Positions 28,268-37,696 of a DNA stretch of 64,000 bases are shown here, piece by piece. The stretch is from Gemmatimonadales bacterium (GTDB lineage Bacteria > Gemmatimonadota > Gemmatimonadetes > Gemmatimonadales > GWC2-71-9). The notes below the pieces were generated by a model that ran no database searches, was not told the origin of the DNA, and saw nothing but the letters and a program-made list of their open reading frames with translations. Position 1 is the stretch's first letter. Each line of letters starts with the position of its first letter. The stretch lies in NCBI GenBank assembly GCA_041615815.1, contig JBFJCP010000026.1, positions 8,567 to 72,566 on the forward strand, in the 5' to 3' direction. Position numbers and translations under genes: made by a program.

Positions 28268-29396
28268 CGTTCGCTGACGGCGTCGTCCGGTACGGAATGT
28301 CGATCGTCACCACCAACCCACCTCCCATGCCGTTGTGGAGCTCGAAGCTGTAATCGCTGCCGTAGAGATGGCGGAGGCGACGGTCGGTGTTCTGTAAACC
28401 GATGCCGCGTTGGATGAGCCGCCCCGCCGGCTCGGTGATGCCCGGTCCATTATCACGAATCTCCACGTGAAGGCGGCCGTTCTGCCGCCGAGCGTCCACC
28501 GTGATGTGGGCGGGCCGTTCGGGTCCTGGGTCACCATGCTGAAGGGCGTTTTCGACCAGGGGTTGGAGTAAGAACGGCGGAATCACTGCCGCTCCGACAT
28601 CTTCCGCGACCGCCGTCCGCACCTGCAGCCGCTCTGCAAAGCGCTGGCGCATGATGTCGAGATAGAGCCTCAAGGACTCGAGCTCCTCGCTGAGCGCCAC
28701 CTCGTGTCTCCCCTCCGAGCGCAGCGATCGCCGCAGGAGATCTGCCAGTCCCGAAAGCATCTTGTCCGCCGCCGCGGGATCCTCGTACATGACCGACGAT
28801 ACGGTGTTGAGCGCGTTGAACAGAAAATGTGGCTGGAGCTGTGATTCGAGACTTCGCAGCCGCACCTGCGTGAGCTCACGCTCCAACCGGGCCACCTGCA
28901 CCTCGCGATCTCGCGCCCGTCGATAGTGGTCGAACAGGTAAGTGAAGCCGACGAAGATCCCGTACCCGATCAGATCGTTCGGGAACTCCATAGCGTACCG
29001 GATCGACATGAGGCCGTAGTCGTAGGCGCCCAGTCCAACGGCCGCATACGTGAGTTGCCGCGTGATGGCATTCCACGTGGTATGAAGGACCGAGAAGACG
29101 ACGACACCCGGCAGATGCAGGCCAAACTTGCCGGACCAGTGTGGCAGAGTTCGGCGGAGGGTGCGCGTGTAGTAGACGACGAGCGGAAAGAGAAGGCCAG
29201 TACCGTACGCCCCTGTCAGCTCCTCGATCAGCTTCTCGTAGAACGGCTCGCGGCGCCCCCGCACGAAGACGTCGAGATAATAGTAACTGAACGTGAGGAG
29301 GCCGATCGCCGTCCAGAACGTGAAGCCGAGCGCCCAAACGCGCCATCCCCGGAGCCAACGATCCGGATCGGCCGGGGCATCGACGGGTCTCCTCAC
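28248..29396 (-). CDS. LytS/YehU-type sensor histidine kinase
   Basis: TM N-terminus; QLQPHFLFNALN, LQPLVENALQHG, DNGPG, GIGLQN; GTGA overlap with the upstream stop. Confidence 0.92.
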   Translation of the reverse strand: MRRPVDAPADPDRWLRGWRVWALGFTFWTAIGLLTFSYYYLDVFVRGRREPFYEKLIEELTGAYGTGLLFPLVVYYTRTLRRTLPHWSGKFGLHLPGVVVFSVLHTTWNAITRQLTYAAVGLGAYDYGLMSIRYAMEFPNDLIGYGIFVGFTYLFDHYRRARDREVQVARLERELTQVRLRSLESQLQPHFLFNALNTVSSVMYEDPAAADKMLSGLADLLRRSLRSEGRHEVALSEELESLRLYLDIMRQRFAERLQVRTAVAEDVGAAVIPPFLLQPLVENALQHGDPGPERPAHITVDARRQNGRLHVEIRDNGPGITEPAGRLIQRGIGLQNTDRRLRHLYGSDYSFELHNGMGGGLVVTIDIPYRTTPSANDVSHSR

Positions 29397-31336
29397 GGCC
29401 CTCCCGGAAGCGCGAACGCGACGAGGTAATCCCCGGTTGGGATGCCCCATTTACCTTGTCCTCCGGCGGCGATCACGACGTATTGGCGGCCACGGCCATC
29501 GAGGTACGTCATGGGGGTGGCAATCGCCGCCCGTGGGAGCGGGGCGCTCCACAATTCGGTACCGGTCGCGATATCATACGCGCGCAGCTTTTGGTCCATG
29601 CTGGCTCCGATGAACACCAAATCACCACCCGTGACGATGGCACCCCCGCCGCTCGGCCACCCCAGCATGGTGTCAGTGACGTCGGCGGGAAGGTGGAAGC
29701 CCGGTGGTGTCGTCCCAAAGGGTATCTCCCATGCGATGGCCCCGGTAGAGAGGTCGACGGCCGCCAATGTACCCCAGGGTGGCGGCGTGCAAGGCAGGCC
29801 GCTGGACGAGCGGAAGGTGCGCCGCCGCATGCCGAAAGGCGCTCCCCGCTGGGCGGCGTACTCGAACGGCCCACCGCGGGCGCGGACGGAAGCAAACGAA
29901 TCGCGTGGAATGAGCTCGACGAGCGTCGCCAGTCGATTGGTGTTTGCCACGATGAGCTGGCGCCCCGGATGGAACGCGACGCTCCCCCAGTTGTTTCCCC
30001 CGCTATTTCCAGGGAACATGATGGTGCCGCGGACGCTTGGGGGCGTGAAGATCCCCTCGGAGCGGGCTGCCGCGATCACCGCACGACACTCGGCGAGGTC
30101 CGCTGGGGTCAGACCCCACGCGTCCGCAGCAGTGATGGTGCGATGAGGGACGAGTGGCCGAGGAATCGTGGGGAACGGCTGGGTGGGCCACGCACGCTCA
30201 CCGGCAACGTCGCTGCGAGGCACCGGACGCTCCTCGATGGGAAAGAGCGGGTCCCCCGTTTCTCGATCGAGCACGAACAACGATCCCATCTTCGTTGCCT
30301 GGACAACGGCCGGGATCCGCCGCCCTCCTCGCTCGACCGTCACGAGCACCGGTTGCGCCGCGACATCGTAGTCCCAGAGATCGTGATGCACGGTTTGGAA
30401 ATGCCACACCACCTGACCGGTGGAGGCACGGAGCGCGACCACCGAGTTGGCATAACGGTTGTCGCCGGGACGCAGGCCGCCGTAGAAATCGGGACTGGGA
30501 CTGCTGGTGGGCACGAACACGAGGTCGCGTTCGGGATCCACCGTCATGACGGACCACGCATTCGCCGCTCCGGCCCGGAACCCCGTAGAGTCCCGAGGAA
30601 TCGGATCCCAGGCCCATCGCGGCTCACCGGTGCGCGCATCGAAGGCGCGAACCACGCCGCGTCCGGTGTCAACATTCCAATTGTCACCGATGGACGACCC
30701 CACGATGACCACGCCGTCGGTGACGATTGGCGGCGACGTGACCTGGTAATCCCCTTCGCCTTGCATCCCCACGGCCAGAGCCAAGTCGATCTGTCCAGCA
30801 CGTCCGAAGGACCGACAGGGCTGCCCTCGTGTGGCATCGACCGCGATCAGCCGGGCGTCGATGGTTCCGATCAGGATTCGGGCCGCACACTCGGCGGTGG
30901 CTGGTGCCTCCGGATCCCGCCACGCCGCGACACCCCGAGACGTCACCTCCGAGTAGCTTTGGCTGCGATCGACGCCCGGGTCGAAGATCCAGCGCTCCCG
31001 CCCGGTCGACGGATCCAGGGCGATGACCATCCCGAACGCCGTGCTGAGGTACAACACACCCTCGAAGTGGATAGGGGTCGCTTCGAACGTGAGCTTCCGG
31101 GCATCGTTCGCCCCCTGCCCGAGCTCGCCCGTGCGATACGTCCAGGCGATCTCCAGGTGCGTGACGTTGCCGCGGTGGATCTGACCCAAGGGCGAGTAGC
31201 GTGACCCCGCCAAGTCGAGGCCGTACGCCGGCCAATGGCTCGGCTCTTGAGCGTCGAGTGGGACGACAACGGCCAGGAGCAGCGGGATCAGTGCGTGACA
31301 TTTTGTCGTCCGCGCGTGGCATTCTGTGAAAGGCAT
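29393..31336 (-). CDS. PQQ-dependent (quinoprotein glucose dehydrogenase-like) dehydrogenase, soluble/exported type
   Basis: WPAYG...RYSPLGQI, FEATP, SRGVAAW, HHDLWDYD, PPWGTL, ATPMTY, QYVVIAAGG. Confidence 0.92.
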   Translation of the reverse strand: MPFTECHARTTKCHALIPLLLAVVVPLDAQEPSHWPAYGLDLAGSRYSPLGQIHRGNVTHLEIAWTYRTGELGQGANDARKLTFEATPIHFEGVLYLSTAFGMVIALDPSTGRERWIFDPGVDRSQSYSEVTSRGVAAWRDPEAPATAECAARILIGTIDARLIAVDATRGQPCRSFGRAGQIDLALAVGMQGEGDYQVTSPPIVTDGVVIVGSSIGDNWNVDTGRGVVRAFDARTGEPRWAWDPIPRDSTGFRAGAANAWSVMTVDPERDLVFVPTSSPSPDFYGGLRPGDNRYANSVVALRASTGQVVWHFQTVHHDLWDYDVAAQPVLVTVERGGRRIPAVVQATKMGSLFVLDRETGDPLFPIEERPVPRSDVAGERAWPTQPFPTIPRPLVPHRTITAADAWGLTPADLAECRAVIAAARSEGIFTPPSVRGTIMFPGNSGGNNWGSVAFHPGRQLIVANTNRLATLVELIPRDSFASVRARGGPFEYAAQRGAPFGMRRRTFRSSSGLPCTPPPWGTLAAVDLSTGAIAWEIPFGTTPPGFHLPADVTDTMLGWPSGGGAIVTGGDLVFIGASMDQKLRAYDIATGTELWSAPLPRAAIATPMTYLDGRGRQYVVIAAGGQGKWGIPTGDYLVAFALPGGP

Positions 31337-31442
31337 GGGATCGGTCCTTGTCCGGCGACCCTGGAAAGGTTCGAGCGCGCTGGGGGTGAGACCAGCAAGC
31401 TGGGACGACCGGGATCTACCCGGTACGGGTGGGACGAATGCC

Positions 31443-32012
31443 CTACGATCGGGGAAAATCTGTGCTCTCGAGAACCCGTTGCGCTTGCCGCAGATGTCGC
31501 TCGGCATGTACGAGGAGAATGACGTAGCAATCCGCCAGATTGAGGCGCAGCAGCGCCGTGACCGGCGAACGCGTCCTGACGCGCTTCATCGGAAGCTTGC
31601 GCGCCCGAACGAGGAGTTCGTCGAGCTTGCGGTGCGCTTCCTCGAATTCGCTGACCACCGCACTGGAGACCGCCGAGGCAGGAACAAATCCGCCGGGGAC
31701 CTTGAATCGCCTTCCTGGCGCCTGAAGAAGCCTCAGGAAGAGTCTGCCCATTAAGCTCGGCTCGAGGGTTTCCCCACTGCCGCGTGCCACTTTCCCCTCG
31801 GCTTTGACGATCGCGGACTCCATCACCGTGGCGTACTTCCTGGCCGTGACCGTGAGGTGATCGAGGCACTGGCCAACGCTCCACCGATCTGGTCCCGGCT
31901 TCCAGTTGAGCTCCTGAGGGGAGAGTTTGTGGGCAAGGTGCCTTGCGTGGGCACGCAGCGTCTCCAAGCCCTGATGCGCTTCGCTGGTGGTGGTAGGGAT
32001 CGCGCCTTTCAT
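31443..32012 (-). CDS. DinB family protein
   Basis: WKPGPDRWSVGQCLDHL and HAERHLRQ. Confidence 0.88.
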   Translation of the reverse strand: MKGAIPTTTSEAHQGLETLRAHARHLAHKLSPQELNWKPGPDRWSVGQCLDHLTVTARKYATVMESAIVKAEGKVARGSGETLEPSLMGRLFLRLLQAPGRRFKVPGGFVPASAVSSAVVSEFEEAHRKLDELLVRARKLPMKRVRTRSPVTALLRLNLADCYVILLVHAERHLRQAQRVLESTDFPRS

Positions 32013-32089
32013 CGGCCCTCACTCTCCAACTTGTCGGTACTACGGGTGGATACCATTCCTTCCGGTCCGACGTTCTGATTCCGCCGCGG

Positions 32090-33370
32090 TCAGAGCCGAG
32101 TGAGCGTCGCGAAGAGACGGTCCGCCTCCTCGTACGTATTCGCGAGATTGGGGGAGATCCGAATCGTGTTCAGCTCGGGCGTGGCGAATGCGCGGAAGAC
32201 AAAGCCGTGCTCGCGGAAGAGACGTTGAAACACATCGGTGCTCCGATGGCCTCGCACCTCGACGGCGTAGAGCGAAGCCCCGAGCTCCCAGTTGCGCGGT
32301 GAGCGCCATTCGACGCTCGGTGTGGCCGATGCCAGCGCCTGAAAGTGGCGGTGCAGTGCTCGGTAGTGTGTTTGTTTCTGTGTGCCATCCAGGGCCAATT
32401 GAAAGTCGATGGCGTCACCCAGCGTAACCAGCTCCGGGAGATTGCGGGTCCCGTAGTCCTCGAAGATGCGAATCGTCCCTTTCCAGCGGTCCTGTCCCCA
32501 TGTCACCCACATGGGGCGGAGCGTTTTTCGCACCGCTTGACCCACGTGCATGAGACCCAGGCCCTTGGGCGCCTGCAACCATTTGTGTGGGCTGGCGCAG
32601 TAGACGTCTGCCCCGATTCGACCGACGTCGACATCGAACATCCCCACGGTTTGGGCACCGTCGACCGCGACGAAGTCGACCCCGCGTTCACGAGCGAGCG
32701 CCGTCAGCTCCCGCGCCGGGTGGCGCAGACCGACGACGTTGTCCACATGTGGGAATACCAGCACCCTGGTTCGGGCAGAGATCTCGCGGTCGTAGATCTC
32801 GAGGATCCGTGCGGCATTCATCTGCGGCGCCTCGAGCACGGGAAAGGCAAAGCGTCGGACCGCGTAGCCTCGCACCGGTGCCACATGCTGCCAACAGATG
32901 CTGGCTCCGTCGTGATTGAGCGAGCTGAACAGGACTTCGTCGCCCCGTCCCAGAGGAAGTCCCCAAGCCAGGACATTGAAGCCCTCGGTCGTGTTGTGGG
33001 TGATCGCTATCTCGTCCGCTTCTGCACCGAGGTAGCTGGCGGCCTTGGCGCGTATGGATTCCCGGGTCTGCTCCCAGGCATCCCCCCACACGTACAGCCA
33101 CGGATTCCTCTCGCACAGTCGGAGATACTCGGTGTGTGCCTCGTGGACCACGCGAGGTACCGTCCCAATCGAGCCGTGATTGAGATAAGTGACACGGTCA
33201 TCGAGCAGGTAGCGGCTACGCAGAAGCGCGTACGGTTGATTCCCCAGTGAAGTCGTTCGTAGCTCGTCGAGCTGTTGCGCCAGCGCTTCGTCCGCTGCAA
33301 GGAGGGGTCCCATTGAGGCCGTGGCGGCGATCCCGGCCAGCTGTCTCAGAAACAGGCGTCGGTGGGTCAT
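32090..33370 (-). CDS. Class V PLP aminotransferase (isopenicillin N epimerase/cysteine desulfurase-like) with Tat-like signal
   Basis: HRRLFL leader; YLNHGSIG, NTTEG, VDGAQ, SPHKWL, GTRN, IRISP. Confidence 0.9.
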   Translation of the reverse strand: MTHRRLFLRQLAGIAATASMGPLLAADEALAQQLDELRTTSLGNQPYALLRSRYLLDDRVTYLNHGSIGTVPRVVHEAHTEYLRLCERNPWLYVWGDAWEQTRESIRAKAASYLGAEADEIAITHNTTEGFNVLAWGLPLGRGDEVLFSSLNHDGASICWQHVAPVRGYAVRRFAFPVLEAPQMNAARILEIYDREISARTRVLVFPHVDNVVGLRHPARELTALARERGVDFVAVDGAQTVGMFDVDVGRIGADVYCASPHKWLQAPKGLGLMHVGQAVRKTLRPMWVTWGQDRWKGTIRIFEDYGTRNLPELVTLGDAIDFQLALDGTQKQTHYRALHRHFQALASATPSVEWRSPRNWELGASLYAVEVRGHRSTDVFQRLFREHGFVFRAFATPELNTIRISPNLANTYEEADRLFATLTRL

Positions 33371-33571
33371 GGGACAATCTGCCGTCGGAAGAGGGAACGT
33401 GTCCGTCAACGGTATTCTGGATCAGAGGGAGAAACAACCAACGACCGCTAGCCGCTAACACCTATGCAACCAACTTGGTCGTGTTTGCCGCTGCCCAAAG
33501 CTCATGAGTATTTCACCCCGCCTTCACGTCGTCCCGCTACCATTAAACTGGGATAGTAGCAGGAGGTGGCG

Positions 33572-33775
33572 ATGGGCGGCTTCATCAGCATTAATCACCC
33601 TCGGCCCCCCCGCACCGCGGTGCGGAGAGACGGGGCGCCGGCCGCCAAGGCCGGTGAAGCGTTTCCCAACTCGAGTCCCCGGAAGCCGGAACCGGCGAGC
33701 GAGCGGCACGACCGCACGCTTCCGGCCGGGGAGCACCTCCATCAACTGTGGGTGGTGCTGGGACTCGACGACTGA
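33572..33775 (+). CDS. Small hypothetical protein (67 aa)
   Basis: Strong AGGAGGT RBS at 33561-33567; fills an otherwise empty gap; followed by a terminator. Confidence 0.55.
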   Translation: MGGFISINHPRPPRTAVRRDGAPAAKAGEAFPNSSPRKPEPASERHDRTLPAGEHLHQLWVVLGLDD

Positions 33776-33800
33776 TCATCGACTCCAGGGGGCACCGAAC

Positions 33801-33840
33801 GTAGAGCGCCCGGCCAAGCACCGGGCGCTCTACTGTTTTT
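33801..33840 (+). terminator. Rho-independent terminator
   Basis: GTAGAGCGCCCGG-CCAAGCA-CCGGGCGCTCTAC 13-bp perfect stem followed by TGTTTTT. Confidence 0.85.
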
Positions 33841-33861
33841 GTACCCGTTCGGCGATAGAGA

Positions 33862-34377
33862 TCAGCGTCGACTGGTGGCCTGCTCGCCAAAGAACGCGCG
33901 ACCGTGCCACGTCTCGCGGGCCGCCGTCTCCCACCGGCCCTCACGAACCGCACCAAGCGTCGTGATCGTGTTGTCAAACACGATGGTATCGGGACTGACG
34001 CTGCCCGCCTTGGCCATGTCCCGAAACTGCGCTCGATCAACCTGCCGTACCTCACGGTTGTCCCGATACCAGACGGGGGCATTGTCCGTCATCTTCACAC
34101 CCAAGTGCTCCTCGGCATCTCTCACCGTCCGCATGAGGCCGTCGATGGAGCAGCCGGAGGCCCCGGCAGACGACTCGTCCACGGCGACCATGAGGAATCG
34201 ATCGTCGTGCCACGCCCGGCCGTTACGCAGGGGTGAGCCATGGGCGGCCCAGGTCCCTAAGTAGGCGTCGATGTGCCGCATCAGTGTCTGGCTCTCCGCT
34301 GACGTCAGTGGGCGGGACGCGGCGAACACCCAAAGGCGTGCGTTGTCGGGAAGTTGGTCGAAGGGCACCAGGGGCAT
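33862..34377 (-). CDS. Conserved hypothetical protein (WAAHG / SGCSID family)
   Basis: LPDNARLWVF, WAAHGSPL, ASGCSID, VFDNTI, W...TWH pattern of a widespread uncharacterised family. Confidence 0.8.
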   Translation of the reverse strand: MPLVPFDQLPDNARLWVFAASRPLTSAESQTLMRHIDAYLGTWAAHGSPLRNGRAWHDDRFLMVAVDESSAGASGCSIDGLMRTVRDAEEHLGVKMTDNAPVWYRDNREVRQVDRAQFRDMAKAGSVSPDTIVFDNTITTLGAVREGRWETAARETWHGRAFFGEQATSRR

Positions 34378-34455
34378 CGCGGAATCTCCGTCGTTATCTT
34401 GCGGCGTTTCCCATTCTCAAATGTAACACGCCCGTTGCAGAGAGCGAACGTCTCT

Positions 34456-35127
34456 ATGATACGAGAGGAATACCTGGAGGTGGTTCGGACCGCCCGGTAC
34501 GCCGTGATGGGGTCCACCGGGAGCGGGGTGCGGGAAGTTTGGTTTGTGCTCCACGGGTACGGGCAGTTAGCATCGCGCTTTCTCCAACACTTTGCTGTGT
34601 TGGAGCATGAGGCTCGACTCCTCGTGGCACCCGAAGGACTGTCCCGCTTCTACATCGACCCCGAACATGTTCGTGGTGCCGCGGCCATGCGGGTTGGGGC
34701 CAGCTGGATGACGCGAGAGGACCGAGAAGTCGAGATCGGCGATTACCTGAAGTATCTCGACGCCGTCGCCGCGCACGTGCTGACTCCGCTCCGTGGCTCG
34801 AACCCTCGGATCATCGTCCTGGGCTTCTCACAGGGCGTCGCCACGGCATGTCGCTGGGCCGTGCTGGGAAGAACGCGCACGGACCGTCTCCTTCTGTGGG
34901 CCGGTGGCGTGCCGCCCGATCTGGACTTCCAGCACGCTCGCGAGCGCCTCGGCCCCCACGGACTGACCCTCGTCGTCGGAACTGCCGACTCGTACATCCC
35001 CGATGGTGCGGTGGAGCGCGAAAAAGCGCGCCTCGCCGAGCAGCGGATTCCTTATCAGCTCAAAACGTTCCCCGGGGGGCACGAGATCGATCCGGCGATA
35101 CTCACTGAGCTGGCCAACGAAGTCTGA
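34456..35127 (+). CDS. Alpha/beta hydrolase (phospholipase/carboxylesterase)
   Basis: LHGYGQ, GFSQG nucleophile, GGHEI. Confidence 0.9.
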   Translation: MIREEYLEVVRTARYAVMGSTGSGVREVWFVLHGYGQLASRFLQHFAVLEHEARLLVAPEGLSRFYIDPEHVRGAAAMRVGASWMTREDREVEIGDYLKYLDAVAAHVLTPLRGSNPRIIVLGFSQGVATACRWAVLGRTRTDRLLLWAGGVPPDLDFQHARERLGPHGLTLVVGTADSYIPDGAVEREKARLAEQRIPYQLKTFPGGHEIDPAILTELANEV

Positions 35128-35157
35128 GCGCGCGATATACGGGCGCAGTCGCTCTTC

Positions 35158-35661
35158 CTATCGCGGCTTTGTTCGTTGGCCCACGATGTCGGGCACTACG
35201 ACGATCAGCACAGCACAGATGGCGAAGAAAAGCATGTGATTCCAAAAGGGCGCACCGAAGCTCGTGTTGAGCCCTGGCAGCGTGTTCGGGAAGCCTTGGC
35301 CCGACAGGAGGCCGATCGTGATCTGGATGGCCGGCGCCGTGACCAGGGTGGTCAGCCAGCCGAGGATGAGCACCATCCCGGCCGCAGCACCCCACCGTGG
35401 TCCGCGCGCCGTGGGAAACACCGGGAGCAGCGTGAGGACGCCGAAGAAGCATGCGTAGGTGAGGGCCACGCCGAGATGGACGCCCCAGCCGATGGGCACG
35501 GCAAGCGATGTGGAGTATCCCCCCCGCTGAACGATTTGCGCGCCCATGAATTCGGCGATGTGCGTGTTGAACCCTTCGAGTCGTTGCGCGAGGACGAAAG
35601 CGAAGGCGCCGACCACGCCGCCAGCCGCGATCCAAGGCGCACGTCTCTGCCAGGGCTTCAT
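35158..35661 (-). CDS. Hypothetical membrane protein (about 4 TM)
   Basis: GAGGA RBS; hydrophobic helices containing GWGVHL and WNHML histidines. Confidence 0.7.
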   Translation of the reverse strand: MKPWQRRAPWIAAGGVVGAFAFVLAQRLEGFNTHIAEFMGAQIVQRGGYSTSLAVPIGWGVHLGVALTYACFFGVLTLLPVFPTARGPRWGAAAGMVLILGWLTTLVTAPAIQITIGLLSGQGFPNTLPGLNTSFGAPFWNHMLFFAICAVLIVVVPDIVGQRTKPR

Positions 35662-35790
35662 GACCTTTTCCTCACGAACGGGGACGCACGGGCTGGCGAG
35701 ATGCTCCAAGGTAGAGCGTGGTGCAACGATCGTCGAATGGTACCCTCATGACTGACCGGCAACGAGGCTTGCTTGGTCGTCCTCTGGTCG

Positions 35791-36774
35791 TCACGGCGTA
35801 TGCGCCGAGATGACCTGTCGGTCCACGTCGATGTCCTCGATGACGACGTCTCGAAAGCCCGCGGTCCCGAGCCACGCACGATACTCCCCGGCCGTGTAGG
35901 TGTTGCCTCCTTCCGTCCGCAGCAGCATGACGATGGCGAACCGGGCTGCCCGCGGGCTCATGCCCCGAACGAAGTCCGCGACGGCCACGAGCCCCAATGG
36001 CTGGAGCACCCTGTGAATCTTCTCGAGGAGCTTCGTGTTCTGTGCCGGTGAGTAGATGTGCGTGATGTTGCTGGCGAGCACGATGTCGAACGGGCCCGGC
36101 GGCAGGGCATCCTCCATGAAGTCGCCAGCCACGAGGTGGAGATCGGTGCGATGGCGGAGCCCGTACTCGTCCGCGGCAACGTCCACGACCTCGGGAAGGT
36201 CGAACAACGTGGCTTCGAGTCCTTCGGCCGCGAACGCGCCGCCCACATGACCAGGCCCAGCTCCGAGGTCCAGCACGGTGGCCGCTGTGGGTTGCCGCTC
36301 GAGGCAGTGCTGGACCAGGCGTCGGATCCTGGCTGCGGGCGCGGCGGCCATTCCGTCCAGGTAATGGCGCAGTTCCTCCCGGCTGCGCCGCTGCCTTCGC
36401 TCCCACGGGCGTCCCGAACGCAGACTGTCGGGGAGGTGTGTCCAGGCGCGGATGTTCTGGAGCCAGAGCGGAAGCCCGCCTGCCGCGTAGTCGGGCGAGG
36501 ATGGATCGGCGAGGTACCGTCGGCCCAACCGAGTTAACCCGTACCCTGCGTCGGTTCGGGTGACGATCGCCAAGTCCACCAAGGCGTCGAGGACGATCTG
36601 GGTCGCGCGGAGGTCGAGACCGGCACGATTCGCGATCGTTTCAGATCGCAACGGCCCGTCAAGCAGCGAGGCGAAAATGCCGACCTGAGCTGCTGCGGCC
36701 ATCGTCGCCACCTTTTCCGCGCCGTCCCGCATCTCATTCAATTCGATCCCGTCTGTGGAATGCACCTTGCGCAT
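35791..36774 (-). CDS. SAM-dependent O-methyltransferase (dimerisation domain plus methyltransferase domain)
   Basis: N-terminal wHTH; VLDLGAGPG, AGDF, SNITH. Confidence 0.9.
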   Translation of the reverse strand: MRKVHSTDGIELNEMRDGAEKVATMAAAAQVGIFASLLDGPLRSETIANRAGLDLRATQIVLDALVDLAIVTRTDAGYGLTRLGRRYLADPSSPDYAAGGLPLWLQNIRAWTHLPDSLRSGRPWERRQRRSREELRHYLDGMAAAPAARIRRLVQHCLERQPTAATVLDLGAGPGHVGGAFAAEGLEATLFDLPEVVDVAADEYGLRHRTDLHLVAGDFMEDALPPGPFDIVLASNITHIYSPAQNTKLLEKIHRVLQPLGLVAVADFVRGMSPRAARFAIVMLLRTEGGNTYTAGEYRAWLGTAGFRDVVIEDIDVDRQVISAHTP

Positions 36775-36843
36775 CTTTCGTCGTGTCGAGTGGCCGGCGT
36801 GTGAAGGCGTATTATATTTCGATTACCCCGCCGGGGGTTGCAC

Positions 36844-37599
36844 ATGCCAAACATTGCAGGGATCGTTGCCGGACTCGCGCTGACGCCGTTTGCCATCGGC
36901 GCCGCGCAGCAGACTGCATTCGTTGGCACGGTCACCGACTCCCTCACCCGCGATCCCCTCCCTGGCGTTTCCGTCGTTCTCGTCGAGCGCGAGCACGTCA
37001 CCAGCACTAACGCGGAAGGATATTTCTACATCGCAGGAATCGAGACCGGCGTGCACACGGTGCTCGTGCGGTTCCCGGGGTATGAGCCTTGGGCCGTACG
37101 GATCAACGTGCGCGTGGCCGAGCCCATCGAAGTGGACATCGGCCCAGTGGTTCTGACGCCGGTTGAGATACTCCTGCTCGACCCGGTGACGATCGAAGGC
37201 GAAACCGTCAAAGGCGGTCTCGCGGGATTCACCCGACGCATGCGGTCGGAAAAGGGCACCTTCATCACTGCTGACGACATCGAGCGGCTGCGGCCGCGTC
37301 GAACCTCGGACCTCCTTCGCATGGTCCACGGCTTCAAGGTCAATCGTGCCGGCGACGTGGCGAGCCTCAGAGGGATACCGTCCCTGCTCGAGGGTTTCAA
37401 CTCCTGCCCGGTAGAGTACTACATTGACGGGGTGCACTCCGGTATGGAGTCGATGGACAATATCATCCCGACGGCCATCGCAGGCATCGAGATCTACCGC
37501 GGACCCTCCACGACCCCGGCCATCTTTCTTGGCACGGGGAACCGCAAATGCGGCGTCATCGCCATCTGGACCAAGCACGGCTCCCGACGCCGTCGCTAG
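36844..37599 (+). CDS. Secreted carboxypeptidase-regulatory-like domain plus TonB-plug-like domain protein
   Basis: Signal peptide; GTVTDS...PLPGVSV...TNAEGYF; FITADDIER, YYIDG, IAGIEIYRG, CGVIAIWTK; no beta-barrel. Confidence 0.8.
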   Translation: MPNIAGIVAGLALTPFAIGAAQQTAFVGTVTDSLTRDPLPGVSVVLVEREHVTSTNAEGYFYIAGIETGVHTVLVRFPGYEPWAVRINVRVAEPIEVDIGPVVLTPVEILLLDPVTIEGETVKGGLAGFTRRMRSEKGTFITADDIERLRPRRTSDLLRMVHGFKVNRAGDVASLRGIPSLLEGFNSCPVEYYIDGVHSGMESMDNIIPTAIAGIEIYRGPSTTPAIFLGTGNRKCGVIAIWTKHGSRRRR

Positions 37600-37696
37600 G
37601 ACGCGTTTTCCCACTCCATTCCCGAAGCAGACAGTCCCCACACACGGCGCGGTTCTTGCTCGCCAAGGACCGGGATCGACGAATGGAGTCGTCTCA

